Origin: Torpedo marmorata
Taxonomy: Eukaryota
Direction of reading: 5' to 3'
Length of the DNA: 64,000 nucleotides
Assembly (NCBI GenBank): GCA_977017645.1
Contig: OZ360240.1
Coordinates: 34,286,001-34,350,000 of the forward strand
Both the position numbers and the translations under genes were made by a program. Positions 39,331-52,240 of the stretch are shown here, piece after piece (the first letter of the stretch is position 1; the number at the start of each line of letters is the position of its first letter). Below the pieces are notes generated by a model. It was not told the DNA's origin and ran no database searches. It saw nothing but the letters and a program-made list of their open reading frames with translations.

Positions 39331-39540
39331 GTATCAGGATAGCGCGCGCGCGTATCTCTGGAGCTCTCTCACGCTCGCTCTCTCCTTCAATTACTTAAAC
39401 TGCATTAATAAAGTGCTGTTATGTACTCTGTTCTTAAGCTGACTAATCAATGCAGTGAATGCATATAAATTTAGAGAATAAGAGAAGGGAACCCTTGCTT
39501 TTTAAAACAGAATATTTGCGCGTGGCAAGGGTTATTACAT
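39331..39540 (-). promoter_or_regulatory. Putative 5'UTR/proximal promoter of the alternative exon
   Basis: Directly upstream of the ATG; alternating GC run and GA-rich tract on the minus strand; TSS not determinable. Confidence 0.35.
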
Positions 39541-40564
39541 TAACAATCAAATGGAACCAGAGATATATGGGAATCAGCTGTTTCTAAGTATTAATAAATA
39601 GTACTTAATTATGCAAGTCATGTTATGTATTTTCCGTACCACTTAGCTTTTCAGTACCACCAACGCACAATCTTGCACCACTGGAGAGATTGTTATGCTT
39701 TATTTAATATTTTTACAGAACAGTTTAAGTGAGCTGAACTCAGATCGCCTTGATCATGTGGAGTTATAGAACCTGGCATTGAGCTGCTAGACACATGTCT
39801 GGACTTCTGCATTTGAAAGCGTTGGCAATAACCTACTGTTGCCTATCTCATAGTTATCTTTCACGGCCATTCTGATAACTAGAAAAACGTTTGAAAGCAT
39901 TCCTATTCTGTGCAATTTATGATACACCTAACCTCAGTACTCTCAACAGCCAATAAAGTACTTTGAATGTAGTCACACATATATTTTGTGGGTCTTTGCT
40001 CTTTGTTGGATTGGACCTTATTCATTTTGCAATGATAGGACAACCCTTTCTCTTCTCCGTTCTCCTGTACAGTTTCTTAACACTTGTTATTAATTTGTAT
40101 GCCTTAAAAACTCAATCATATTGTTGCTTGTCATGCTTTGTAAAGCGCCATTCAAGATAAAATGTTACGTCCCTATTATTGATGAGAACTATCGCCACCA
40201 ACGTTCTGCACCGTGCAATTCACTTGTTTCTCCAACCCTTCTTTAACCTCTATCCCATGTCACTGACAAATAGAAACAATAGATACACCAAGCCTGAGGA
40301 CCACGAATTCCAGATGCAGAGAGCCCTCACACCTGAACATCTTATGGTTGGTTTGAAAAAGGGTGCTGGAGAAAGAACAGAAATTCAGCATCAATGAAAC
40401 CTCCACTGTTAACTCAATGGCTTTGTCATTCTCCCACCTGATTTATGGATGGAGCCTGGGGTAGACAAGTTGGTTTACAGCTTCAACTGTAAATGACAAA
40501 AATGCAGTAGGAGCAAACAATGGACAAGAAATTAGAAAATGATAAAAATACATGATTATATGTA

Positions 40565-40660
40565 ATACCGGGGTTGTAGATCAATTGGGTGTAATTGGGT
40601 GGCACAGGCTCGTGGGTCGAAAGAGTCTGTACCATGCTGTATGTCTACATTTTTAAAAAT
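40565..40660 (+). mobile_element. HE1-like SINE 3' fragment
   Basis: GGGGTTGTAGATCAATTGGGTGTAATTGGG..GGCTCGTGGG..ACCATGCTGTATGTCTA matches the other SINE tails. Confidence 0.7.
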
Positions 40661-41179
40661 CAATTGTAAATATTAGTGGCACCATTAAATGGTGGGCCAT
40701 GTTTTTCATTATTGAACATTTTTCAATTGTTTGCTTGAAGATAGTGCCTTCTTCAGACTCCCACAAACCTGATTCAAAATACTCTGGGCATTCTAGTGTG
40801 ATTTGAACGGAGGGAATCTGGTTCTGCCAGATTTCAATCATTCATAGAGAATTTCTGGATGGTGCCTCAGCCCATTTAAAGCACATGCATCAGTGCAATG
40901 TGATTGAGCTGGGAACACTGACTTGGGTATCAATGCCTCTCTTTACCTCAGTGGTAGTTACTGATCTGATGGCTGTTTAAACCAGCCAGCCGAAGGGCAA
41001 AGGTGTACCTCAGCTGATCATAATTCTATCCTTTGACACCAAAGAAAAAAAATGACAATATTTTATTTGGGACACACATGCTCTGCTCAATGGTGAGGAC
41101 ATTTCATCTCTTTTCTGTGCGGGATATCTGGTCTCCACCCCACTGGCAAAATTGACACTGATGCTTTGGTGCCGAGCAG

Positions 41180-41605
41180 TTCAATTTCAGATTTATTGTC
41201 AGAGTACATTCAGGACATCACATACTACCCTGAGATTCTTTTTCCTGTGGGTGAGGCAGAATTACCACTGATTGGTAGTGTAAAAACCTGTACTCAAGAA
41301 GATACATGTACACAAAGAAAGTTAAACAATCTGACTGTGCAATAGAGAGAAAAAAAATCAATAAAGTGCAAAGTAAGAGTCCTTAAATGAGTCTCTGATT
41401 GAGTTTGTTGTTGAGGAGTCTGATGGTGGAGGGGTAGCAGCTGTTCTTGAACCTGGTGGTGTGAGTCTTCTGGCACATATACCTCTTTCCTGATGGTAGC
41501 AGTGAGAACAGAGTGTGTGCTGGGTGATGTGGATCCTTGATGATTGCTGCTGTAGATGTTCTCGATCGTGGGGAAAGTTTTGCCTGTGATGTCCTGGGCT
41601 GTGTT
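41180..41605 (-). mobile_element. Rex1/Babar-like LINE 3' fragment
   Basis: TAQDITGKTFPTIENIY remnant; 3'UTR ending TGACAATAAATCTGAA. Confidence 0.82.
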
Positions 41606-42025
41606 ATTAAAAGCAGTGTTGTTAAAAGTAAAGGAGCTCTTTACCCCCACTGAAAAGAATAATCGATAGGGTAATTGAGGCCCTGGGCTGTTACATCTCA
41701 GCACTTACACCAAGATATGTTTCCCCCTCCACCCTGTTACATTTAAAGATGATTATCCATAAGCTTTTTTTTAAATATATTTTATTTAAAATTTTTAATC
41801 ACACTATAGTACATGTTTATAAATTTCAGAAATATCAAAATACATGTGATATATTTTCACCCTCCCCTCCCCCTCCCTAACCCACCCACCCCTACTACTC
41901 TAATAAAAAAGAAAGAAAAGAAAAAAGAATAGATAGTGGAGAATGTCAATCTAAAAGAAAACAACTATACATTAATTTTATTGTGGAACACAGGTTCGCC
42001 AATCAGACCCGATAGCAAGAGATCT

Positions 42026-45000
42026 TCAAATCTTTAAACCCACAGTTTTTATATATGGGCTCCATACCTTCAAAAAGAAATGATATTTATTACGTAAATT
42101 ATAAGTAATTTTTTCAAGTGGTATGCATGAACGAAGTTCTGCATGCCATCTTTCTAACCCTAAATCAACATCAGATTTCCATGTAATAGCAATGCATTTC
42201 CTTGAAACAGTTAAAGCAATTCGCAAAAATTCTACTTGGTACATATTTAATCTCATTTTACTACTAATTCTTTTAATATCTCCAAACAAAAATATCATAG
42301 GATTCATTGGGAGTGCAATTCTTAATACTTTGTCTAAAAACTTTTTAACTTTCAACCAAAAAGCATGAATCTTTGGACAAAGCCACGTAGAATGTACAAA
42401 AGAACCTTCTTCTCTATTACATCGAAAACATAAATCTGATAATCTCGAATTAAATTTCTTTAGTTTCTTAGGCATTAAATATAATTGATGCAAAAAATTA
42501 TATTGCACTAACCTATATCTAACATTAATAATTTTAGTCATACTTTGTTTCCATATTTCTTTCCAATGATCCTCACCTATTGTTACATTCAAATCTGATA
42601 CCCATTTTAATCTTGATTTATGAATTCCTGGTTTAGGCATTTTTTTCTGTAACAATCTATACATTTGAGAAATAAATTTATTTATACCCCCCTTAGTAAC
42701 TAGTAGCTCCAATTCACTTTGTCTTGGTAAGATTAAACTATGACCCAATTTTTCAATTAAAAATGTTCTTATTTGATAATAAGCAAAGAGTGTATTATTT
42801 AATACATTAAACTTCTCTTTCATTCTTTGAAAAGTGATAAATTTACCAGCTTCAAAACAGTCATTTACTTTTTTAATCCCTTTTTGAAACCAAATTTTAA
42901 ACAATTGATTATCCATAGTAAATGGGATTGGTTTATTTTGATATAAAGGCATTTCACAAGAAATTAACCCTTTCCCTCCTATCTCCCTATCCACTTTATT
43001 CCATATTGCTAACGAGTGCTTTAAAATAGGAGAGTTTTTACCTCCTCTTAATAGTAATTTAGAATTCCATTTATAGATAACTTCTTCTTTCAAATCCTCT
43101 CCTATATTATTTAGTTCTATTCTAATCCAAGCAGAAGATTTTCCTAAATCAAACATTTCATTAATAAATTTTAATTGAGCTGCCTTATAATAATTTTGAA
43201 AATTGGGAAGTGCAAACCTCCCATTTCATAATTCCAAGTTAATTTCTCCATACCTACTCTAGCTAACTTTCCCTTCCACAAAATTTCCTAATAATTAAAT
43301 TTAAATCCTTAAAATTTTTAAAAGAAATTTCATAAGGAATTGATTGAAAAAGATATTGAATTCTTGGAAAGACATTCATTTTAATACAATTTACCCTTCC
43401 TATTAAAGTTATGGGTAAATCTTTCCAACTCTCTAAATCTTTTTTAATATTAGTAAATAATGGTAAGTAATTTAAATTATATAACTTACCTAATTTTGTA
43501 TCTATTTTTATTCCCAAATATTTAATTCCATTATTTGACTATTTAAATCGAGTAATTTCTTTACATTTATTATAATCTCCTTGTGTCAATGCCATAATTT
43601 CACTTTTATCAGAATTAATCTTATAACCAGATATTTCCCCATATTCTCTCAATAAAACAGTCAGTTGCATTAAAGAATCAATAGGTTTTGTCATGTAGAT
43701 CAATACATCATCTGCAAATAAACTAATTTTATGTTCTTCTTTTCCAACTTCAATACCTACAATTTTAATATCTTGTCTAATTAATTCTGCTAAAGGGTCT
43801 ATTGCTAAAATAAACAATGCTGGCGACAAAGGGCATCCTTGTCGAGTTGACCTAGTCAACAAAATTTTTAAAGAAATTTGTCCATTTGTCACCACTCTTG
43901 CAGAAGGTTCTTTATATATAGTTTTAATCCAATTAATAAATGTATTTCCAAAACCAAATTTTTCTTACACTTTAAATAAATAGTTCCACTCTAATCTATC
44001 AAAAGCCTTTTTGGCATCTAATGTTAATACTAATGCTAATTCTTCTTTCTTTTGTGCCACATTTATTAAACTAATCAATCTAGCAATATTATCTTTAGAA
44101 TATCTATTCTTAATAAAACCTGCTTGATCTGCATGAATTAAATCAGGTAAATATATTGCCACTCTATTTGCTAAAATTTTTGCCATTATCTTATAATCCA
44201 CATTTAACAATGAAATTGGTCTACCGGTATATGATTCCGTTTTCAACAAATCTCTATCCTTTTTAGGTATAACCGTTATTATTGCATTTGAAAACATTCC
44301 GGAAGGTGCGCATGGTTTTCTATTGAATAGTCCCATTTTGTATAATTCTTTTTCTCTCCCATCAACAATGGATAGCGGTTTCCGCAGCTGGTCAACACTT
44401 GGGATTAGGGCTTTCCTGGATTTATTTGTGGATGGTAATCTTGCAACATTTCAACAATTAGTTACTAAATTTAACCGACCTGCTCAACATTTTTTCCGAT
44501 ATCTTCAAGTCAGGAACTTCTTAATTTTGCTTAAATTGTGCCTCCCTCAAGCATTAAATTTGGAAATTATCCGAGAGATTTATGAGGTAAAGTCTGATAC
44601 TGAGAAACCCCTATCTCTTTTTTATTTGTTATTGACTCATTCTAGTTATAGGGAAGATATATTATTAAAGGTTAAACAGCAGTGGGAACTAGATTTTCAA
44701 GAGGAGATTTCTGTTCCCGTATGGGAACGGGTGCTCCTAGCTATTAATTCTTCTTCTTTATGTGCTCGCCATTCATTTATCCATCTTAAAGTTGTTCATC
44801 GAGCTCATTATTCTAAGTCTCGATTAGCTAAGTTTTACCCAAATCTTTACCCCCTTTGTGATAGATGTAAAATCGAGGAAGGTACCTTATACCATATGTT
44901 TTGGACATGTCCTTCATTATATAATTACTGGTCTAGTATTTTTCAGACGTGGTCCAGTGTTCTTGATGTAAATTTAACTCCTAACCCATTTATTGGTTTA

Positions 45001-47126
45001 TTCGGGATTCATAATGTGAATGACTCTAAACTTACGAAGTCGCAATTGCATGTGATAGCATTTACGTCACTCATTGCTAGGAAAAATATTCTTTTACACT
45101 GGAAAGACGTTGATCCCCCTTCACATCGCCATTGGCTCAACTGTGTGATGTCATGCTTGACGTTGGAAAAAATTAGTTGTTCTAATATTGATAAGAATCT
45201 CAATTTTCAGAGGATATGGGGTTCGTTTATGAGCCTCTTTCCGACATTCTAATACGGGCTTTATAACATTCTCTCTCTCTTTTTTCTTTATCTTAGCCAG
45301 TTTCAGACGTGCATGATTAGGGTTTAGATTTTCTCCCCTTTTCTGTTAGTTAGTTGTAGTTTATATTCCTTTTTTTCTTTTCCTTTCTTTTTCCTTTGCT
45401 TTTATGTTTTGGGGGTATGTCAGTTTTATGTGGCCATTCCTTGATTGCTCTTTCCTTGTATTATTACTTCTGAGAGGGGACTTAATGACATTTGTAATTA
45501 TAATTTTCTTTATTATTATCCTTGTATTGTACTTATTGTATACTCTTGCACTGACTGCCTCTGTATTGTTTGACCTTATTTGTTTTAAAAATCAATAAAT
45601 AAAATTAAAAAGAAAAAAAATGAGATTCCGTTATTTGTTTTAACACCTCCATATATGGAGGTATCAATAAATTCTTAAATTCCTTCTAAAATTCTGATGG
45701 GAAACCATCCTCCCCCGGGGACTTTCCACTTGTCAAGGAACTAAGAGCATCATTAACTTCTCTCATCGTAAACGATGCATCTAAAAGTTTTTTACTTTGA
45801 ATATTTAATCTAGGTAACTTAACTTTAGATAAAAATTCATTAATTTTAGATTCATCTTTATCAGTTTGAGATTTATATAAATTTAAATAAAATTCCTTAA
45901 ATTAATCATTTATTTCTCAAGTTTTATATGTTATTTTCTTTGAATTCTTTTTTATAGCACTTATAGTTCTAGAAATTTGTTCCTTCTTTAATTGCCACGC
46001 TAACACTTTATGAGCTCTTTCTCCCAGTTCGTAATATCTTTGCTTAGTTCTTTCAATTAATTTTTTCATTTTATATGTTTGTAACGTATTATAATACAAT
46101 TTCTTTTCAATTAAATTTTTTCTCTTTTCTTCTGTTCCTTTTCTTTGCAAGTCTTTCTCCAAAAACTCAATCTCCCTCTCCAGATTATCCAATTCCTGAA
46201 TATATTCCTTCTTAACCTTTGCTGAATAATTTATAATTTGACCTCTTAAATAAGCCTTTAAAGCTTCCCAAATAATAAATTTATTATTAATCGAATTAGA
46301 ATTAATCTGTAAAAATTCCTGAATTTCTCTTCTTTTATAATTACAAAAATCCGTTCTTTTCAATAGAGAAGAATTCAATCTTCATCTATATATGATTTTT
46401 TCTTTTTCTGGAATCATACATGACATTAAAAGAGGTGAATGATCAGAAATTATTCTAGCTTTATGTTGCGCTTGAATCACCCTCTCTTCTAATTGTGATG
46501 ACAATAAAAACATATCTATTCTAGAATAAGAATCATGCCTAAAAGAATAAAAAGAATAGTCTTTTTCTTTTGGATTCAACTTCCTCCAAATATCTATTAA
46601 ATTTAAATCTTTCATCAAAGTAATAATCCTTTTAGCAGTTTTAGTTCTAATAATTGATTTCGATGTTTTATCCATTATTAGATCTAAACAACAATTAAAA
46701 TCCCCACCAACTAAAATATTATCATTTGCTTCTGACAAATGCGTAAAAGAGTCTTGAATAAATTGTTCATCTTCCGTATTTGGCACATATATATTCATGT
46801 GTCCACATATCTGAGTATATTTGACAATTTATTATAACATATCTTCCTGCAACATCTATAACCACAGATTGTATTTTAAAAGGTAACTTTTTGTTAATTA
46901 ATATAGCCACTCCTTTTGCTTTGGAATTAAACAAAGATGCTACCACTTGACCAACGCATTCTCTTTTCAACTTCTGATGTTCTATTTCTGTCAAATGTGT
47001 CTCTTGTAAAAAAGCTATATCAACTTTTAATTTTTTAATATATGCTAAAGCTTTCTTCCTTTTAATCGGATTATTTAGCCCATTTATATTGATACTTACA
47101 ACATTTATTGATTTACTATCCGCCAC
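42026..47126 (-). pseudogene. L1 ORF2p (APE endonuclease, RT, Cys-rich C-terminus), disrupted
   Basis: NINGLN, FLQETH, GGDFN, SRID, SDH (EN); RPISLLNVDYKI, RQGCPLSP, LFADD (RT); CFRC..H..WLC; multiple frameshifts. Confidence 0.92.
44309..45620 (+). mobile_element. 5'-truncated L1 of a different family nested antisense in the RT domain
   Basis: Uninterrupted ORF 44323-45252 (309 aa) with CDRC..GTLYHMFWTC motif; T-rich 3'UTR, AATAAA, A tail. Confidence 0.9.
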
Positions 47127-47400
47127 TACTAATATTTAATAACTTTCTCTTTATCAGACCGATCGGTTCCCCCTTCCACATTTGCCATATATTTGACATC
47201 TCCTTAGAAAAGAAAGAAAAAAAGAAATAAAAAGAAAATACAAAACTAAAAAACCCACTATATAATACTGGTATATTTACACCAATACTACCACCCTTTA
47301 TTGTTCGGAAAGTGGCCCTCGCCACTAAGGTGATGTGTGGTTAGGTACGGAGAAGACAAAAAGTCCACCCCCCCAAACAGATTTTACATAACATTTGTTA

Positions 47401-48882
47401 TCATTTCTTCATCCCAGTGCAACATTTTCAAGATCTCTGTTAACTTGATCTTCATCTATTTCGGCCAGATCATCTCGTCCTGAAGCTACTTGAAGTTTCT
47501 CTGTTAAATGTAAGAAGTCCTGAGTCGGTATAACAGCTTGAAATTGCCCAATCAAATCTTGATCTTTCTTTAAACTTGGGAGTGATTAGCATACTTCAAA
47601 GCTTCTTGATAATCAGCAAAAAAAAATGACTGATTCTCTCCAGACTGTACCTTCAATATCGCAGGATATCTAAATGAAAATTTATATCCTTTGTTCCAAA
47701 AAATTGCTTTGGCTGGGTTAAATTCTTTTCGTTTTTAAATTATTACTGCGCTTAAATCGTCATTAAAAAATACCCTGTTTTTATTAATCATCAATGGACC
47801 TTGTTTCTTTCTAGAATTTTGAACAGCTAATCTCAATATCTTCTCTTTATCCTGGTAATGAAGACATTTAATTAACACTGAGTGTGGCATTTGTCCAGGA
47901 TATGGTTTCTTTCTATTATCTCTATGAGCTCTATCTAATTCAAGTCCATTTGGGAAATTTTCACAGCCCAAATTTTTTGGAATCCAATTTTGAAAGAATT
48001 CAGTTGAATTTATCCCTTTATAATCTTCTGGCAATCCCACAATTTTAATGTTATTTCTCTGGCTTTGATTCTCCAATGTATCTATTTTTTGTAAAAGTTC
48101 ATTTCTTTGTTGTTCCCAGCCTGTAATTGAATTTTCCATTTTGTCCACTATATCTTTGCAGTCCACCATTTCTTCACGACATTCTTTAACCTCGTTTTCA
48201 ACTTTCTGAACTTTCAATGTTACTTTATCCACAGCAGTTGCACATTTTTTCATATTATATATAATGTCTTTCATTTCTTCCTTAAACTCAGTAAAATTAC
48301 TATCCATAGCCATACATCCATGTTCCATACATTGATTCATTGTAGACACTTGTTCTGTTAAGTAATTTATAGCTTGAATAAAAGTAGCTGGTATTTCATG
48401 TTTACCTTGAAACAACTGAGTTTCATCTCCTCCACTTATTTCTCATCCCTCTCCCTCCATCTCTTCTACTTGTCTCTCCATTTCTTTATACATTTCTTTC
48501 TTTCTCCCTTTATCTTCTGAATCCGTTGATGATGACCGTTCTTCTCCAACACTATATTGAATTAGATGATAAATTTTTCTTTGGTTGACAGCTCCCGTTG
48601 CTTTTTGCGCAAGTGCGCCGTTTTGCGCATGCGCAGTTGTTCCTTCTCCTTTTGTAGTTCTCCAGTCTTCCTTTGAGCGCCAGCGCCATCTTCCCCAGCT
48701 CCCCGGGAGGACGGCGCTGGCGCTGCGATTACCTTAACCGTCCTCGTCTGCATCCTTCTGGGAGGGAGAGGAACTTGATCCCGAGGCTCCATCGCTAAGG
48801 TAGGCCGATCTTTGTCTTGAATTAAACTTTCTTTAAACACTGTTTTCTTTGACTTTTGCTCCTTCCCTTTTCTTGTAGTCAT
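47401..48882 (-). pseudogene. L1 ORF1p (coiled coil plus RRM-type region), disrupted
   Basis: ORFs 48562-48882 and 47735-48415 with KIDTLENQSQRNNIKIVGLPE and ELDRAHR motifs of L1 ORF1p; stops/frameshifts. Confidence 0.85.
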
Positions 48883-49299
48883 TCTTCAATCGTTAATAAA
48901 CAATCTTAACTTTCTTTATAATAACCAAATAAAGCTTTATTACAGTTTTTAAATAGTTCTGTTGGGAGAGGTGTATTTCCACTTCTCCAACCTACGCCAT
49001 CACGCCACGCACCCCCGATTATCCATAAGCTTGTACAACATTTCTTGGCTGCATAATTCAGTTTAATGGGTGTTCCTATAGCTCTGATCAGTCATTTCAA
49101 TTAAGAGGACAGCTTGAAAAGTTTACAGCGTTAGCAAATATTGCAGAAGAAATTTCCACGGAAGCTTATTGATGTCAGCATCAGTGGGATGAAGAGAGGG
49201 TGGTACAAGTGAATAGTAACAAGAGTCATGCCAGATGATGATTGACCAGAAGCTCTATTGTAGAAACCAACTCATGGTGGAGCTGGAGTGAAGCAGGAG

Positions 49300-49587
49300 A
49301 TTCATCTCACAGGACCTAGACAGAAGATTTAGGACAGAGATGAGGAGGAACTGCTTTTCCCAGAGGGTGGTAAATCTGTGGAATTCACTGCCCATTGAAG
49401 CAGTGGAAACTATCTCAGTAAATATATTTAATTCGGATAGATTTCTACATAGTATGGGAATTAAGGGAAATGGAGAAAAGGCAGTAGATGAGCCTATCAT
49501 CAGATCAGCCATAATCTCATTGAATGGCGGAGCGGGCTCGACGAGCTGGATGGCCTACTCCTGCTCCATTGTCTTATGTTCTTATGA
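49300..49587 (+). mobile_element. CR1 3' fragment
   Basis: MRRNCFSQRVVNLWNSLP; (CTTATGTT)-type tail. Confidence 0.85.
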
Positions 49588-51034
49588 CCTGCAGGAAGGG
49601 TGAACCTTCTACCATGAACTGCAAGCATCAATGAGGTCCACCAATGCTAACAGCTTCTCACCCTTACGCACCTTTTAGATACTCAGGAACCTGTTCAGTT
49701 GCTTTACTTGCCAGGTCTTAGCACCGCGAGAGCCAATTGCTCCACTTGTGGTATGGTTTCCAGTAATATCGCAAATAATTGAACGTAATTTAAGCACTCC
49801 ACTGGACAATGTGAACTCAGGCTCACAGGTAAGGAAAACACCATTGAACACGAGGGACTGCAAGGCATTTATGAAGTGCTAATGATTGTGATAAAACTGG
49901 CTGTGGCCACTGAAATATCTAAAAGAAAACAGAACAACCCCAGACATCATAGCCGCAATAGCTACAAGAAAGCCACTTCTCACTCTGTGGCACTGTTCTT
50001 TATAGATGAAGTGCTGGTTCTCCACAGGAAATATTTGGGTCAGCGAGTTACACAACCATGGCTTATTCATCTCATGCATGAGAAGATATGACACAGTGAG
50101 TTAATGCACTGTCTGAAAATAAGAGAACCACCAAAGAAGTGAAGCACAAACTTAGTGACATGAGGAGAGCCAAGCCAAGTAACTGCAATAGAAACCACTC
50201 TGCACTCTACAGCATCATATTGTTTTCAGCCAATGAAGTTCGGAGAGTTCCATTGCAAAAGTCACAAATGCCAAACATGGTTTATGTCATGATAGCTGTA
50301 ACCTAAAACGTACAACATTGTAAGAGATTGATCCAAGATTTATGAGTGGGCCAGCCAATAACTAATGGAAACCTGCAACAGAGAATAGATGACCTTTAGA
50401 TATCAAAAGATTGAAATGAGTGAAGGCCAGCTAATCCCTCCATTCGGTGTCACTTGCGTAAGTGGCAAAGTCAGGAGCAGAATTGTTCTTCAAAGCATCA
50501 CTCATCATTAATCAAGTATAATCTTGGTGCCTTTATTCAGTGTGTTGCACACCAAGGCTACATAGACTTCAGATGTGCCTATTGCCATTGAAACCCTAGC
50601 TCCTCGCCTTTCTTTGTATGGTTATTTATGCCACCTAGCACTACCCACCCAAGACTATTGTGAATGTGTTGGCGTCTTCAGGTCTATCATCTGGCTGAGA
50701 AACAAGTGAGGTGGTGTAAGAAGTGTGTAATTTCACCAGGACGGAAGACAACAATAACCTTGCACATAGCAAGACGATCGCTGAGTACACACTTGAACCT
50801 ATATTGAGAAACACCATACAGTATTAGGCGATTTTGTGGGTCACCGAGATAGGTGCAGTTTGATCTTAGAGAAAATTCCAATCCCTTACAAGGAGGAGAC
50901 AACATGATCAGAGCTATCCCTTTCACAGGAGAATTGTTGTCCATTATTAGTAATCACCCAATAATGATCAGCTCCAATATATGCCAATGCATTTCTCATG
51001 AGCTGCTGATGAGCAGCTGAGACTCCCAACACAA

Positions 51035-51715
51035 TCAGAGAACCTTAGAACCATAGAACACTACAGCACAGAAACAGGCCCCTTCAGCCCTTCTAGTCTG
51101 GGCCGAAACATTTTTTGTGCCTAGTCCCACTGACCTGCACCGTCCATAGCCCTCCATACCTCTCCCATCCAGGTACCTGTCCAAATTCTTCTTAAATGTT
51201 AAAATTGAGCCCGCATTCACCACCTCAGCTGGCAGCTCATTCCACACTCCCACCACTCTCTGTGTGAAGAAGTTCCCCCTCATGTTCCCCCTAAACTTTT
51301 CCCCTTTCACTCTTAACCCACGTCCTCTGGTTTGTATCTCACCTACCCTCCGTGGAAAAAGCCTACCTACATTTACTCTGTCTGTCCCCCTCATAATTTT
51401 CAATACCTCTATCAAATCTCCCCTCATTCTTCTACGCTCCAGGGAATAAAGTCCTAACCTGTTTAACCTTTCCCTGTAACTCAGTTCCAGAAGTCCGGGC
51501 AACATCCTAGTAAATCTTCTCTGCACTCTTTCTATCTTACTGATATCTTTCCTGTAGTTAGGTGACCAAAACTGCACACAATATTCCAAATTTGGCCTCA
51601 CCAATGTCTTATACAACTTTTCCATAACATCCCAGCTCCTATGCTCAATACTTTAATTTATGAAGGCCAATATGCCAAAAGCTCTCTTTACAACCCTATC
51701 CACCTGTGATGCCCT
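51035..51715 (-). mobile_element. Young CR1 3' fragment (RT C-terminus open)
   Basis: ORF 51035-51625 LYKTLVRPNLEYCVQFWSP...GNFFTQRVVGVWNELP; short tandem GGTTCT(A) tail. Confidence 0.92.
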
Positions 51716-51984
51716 CTGCAAGAAGATAGTCACTATTCCCCCAAAGGCATTTCATTAGCAGAGTCTTGGAGCCAGGTTGAAGAATGTGCCAGTGATATGC
51801 AGATGCTGCTGGAGCGTGGCAGTAAAACCTCATCACAAGCTGCGTTCACAAATTCCTCCTCATCTGATCATCGTTCCCTTGCTTTGCTAAAGTTGACCTT
51901 AATTTTACTATTATGAAGCACATAACACAGACTCAATAATTTTAGAAATTTTGTCTGAAGCCTGGCAATGCAATCTCTCCTTTA

Positions 51985-52240
51985 ATTTAAGTTTTTAAAT
52001 TTAGACACACAGCACGGTAACAGATCCTTTCGGCCCAAGAGCCTATGCCGCCCAATTACACCCAATTGACCTACAACCCCGGTATGTTTTGGAAGGTGGG
52101 AGGAAACCGGAGCACCCGGAGGAAACCCACGCAGACACGGGGAGAACATACAAACTCCTTACAGATAGTTCTGGATTCGAACCCGGGTCGCTAGTTCTAT
52201 AATAGCATTGCACTAACCACTAGGCTAACCGTGCCGCCCC
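51985..52240 (-). mobile_element. Full-length HE1/V-SINE-like tRNA SINE
   Basis: Head GGGGCGGCACGGTTAGCCTAGTGG, B-box GGGTTCGAATCC, V-core, CR1-like tail. Confidence 0.88.

Larger units (their letters stand above)
41767..49016 (-). mobile_element. Full-length L1/Tx1-type LINE (about 5.9 kb plus nested insertion), inactivated
   Basis: 5' end GGGGGTGCGTGGCG, ORF1, ORF2 (EN-RT-Cys), G-rich 3'UTR, poly(A); TSD GATTATCCATAAGCTT (41751-41766, 49017-49032). Confidence 0.95.
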
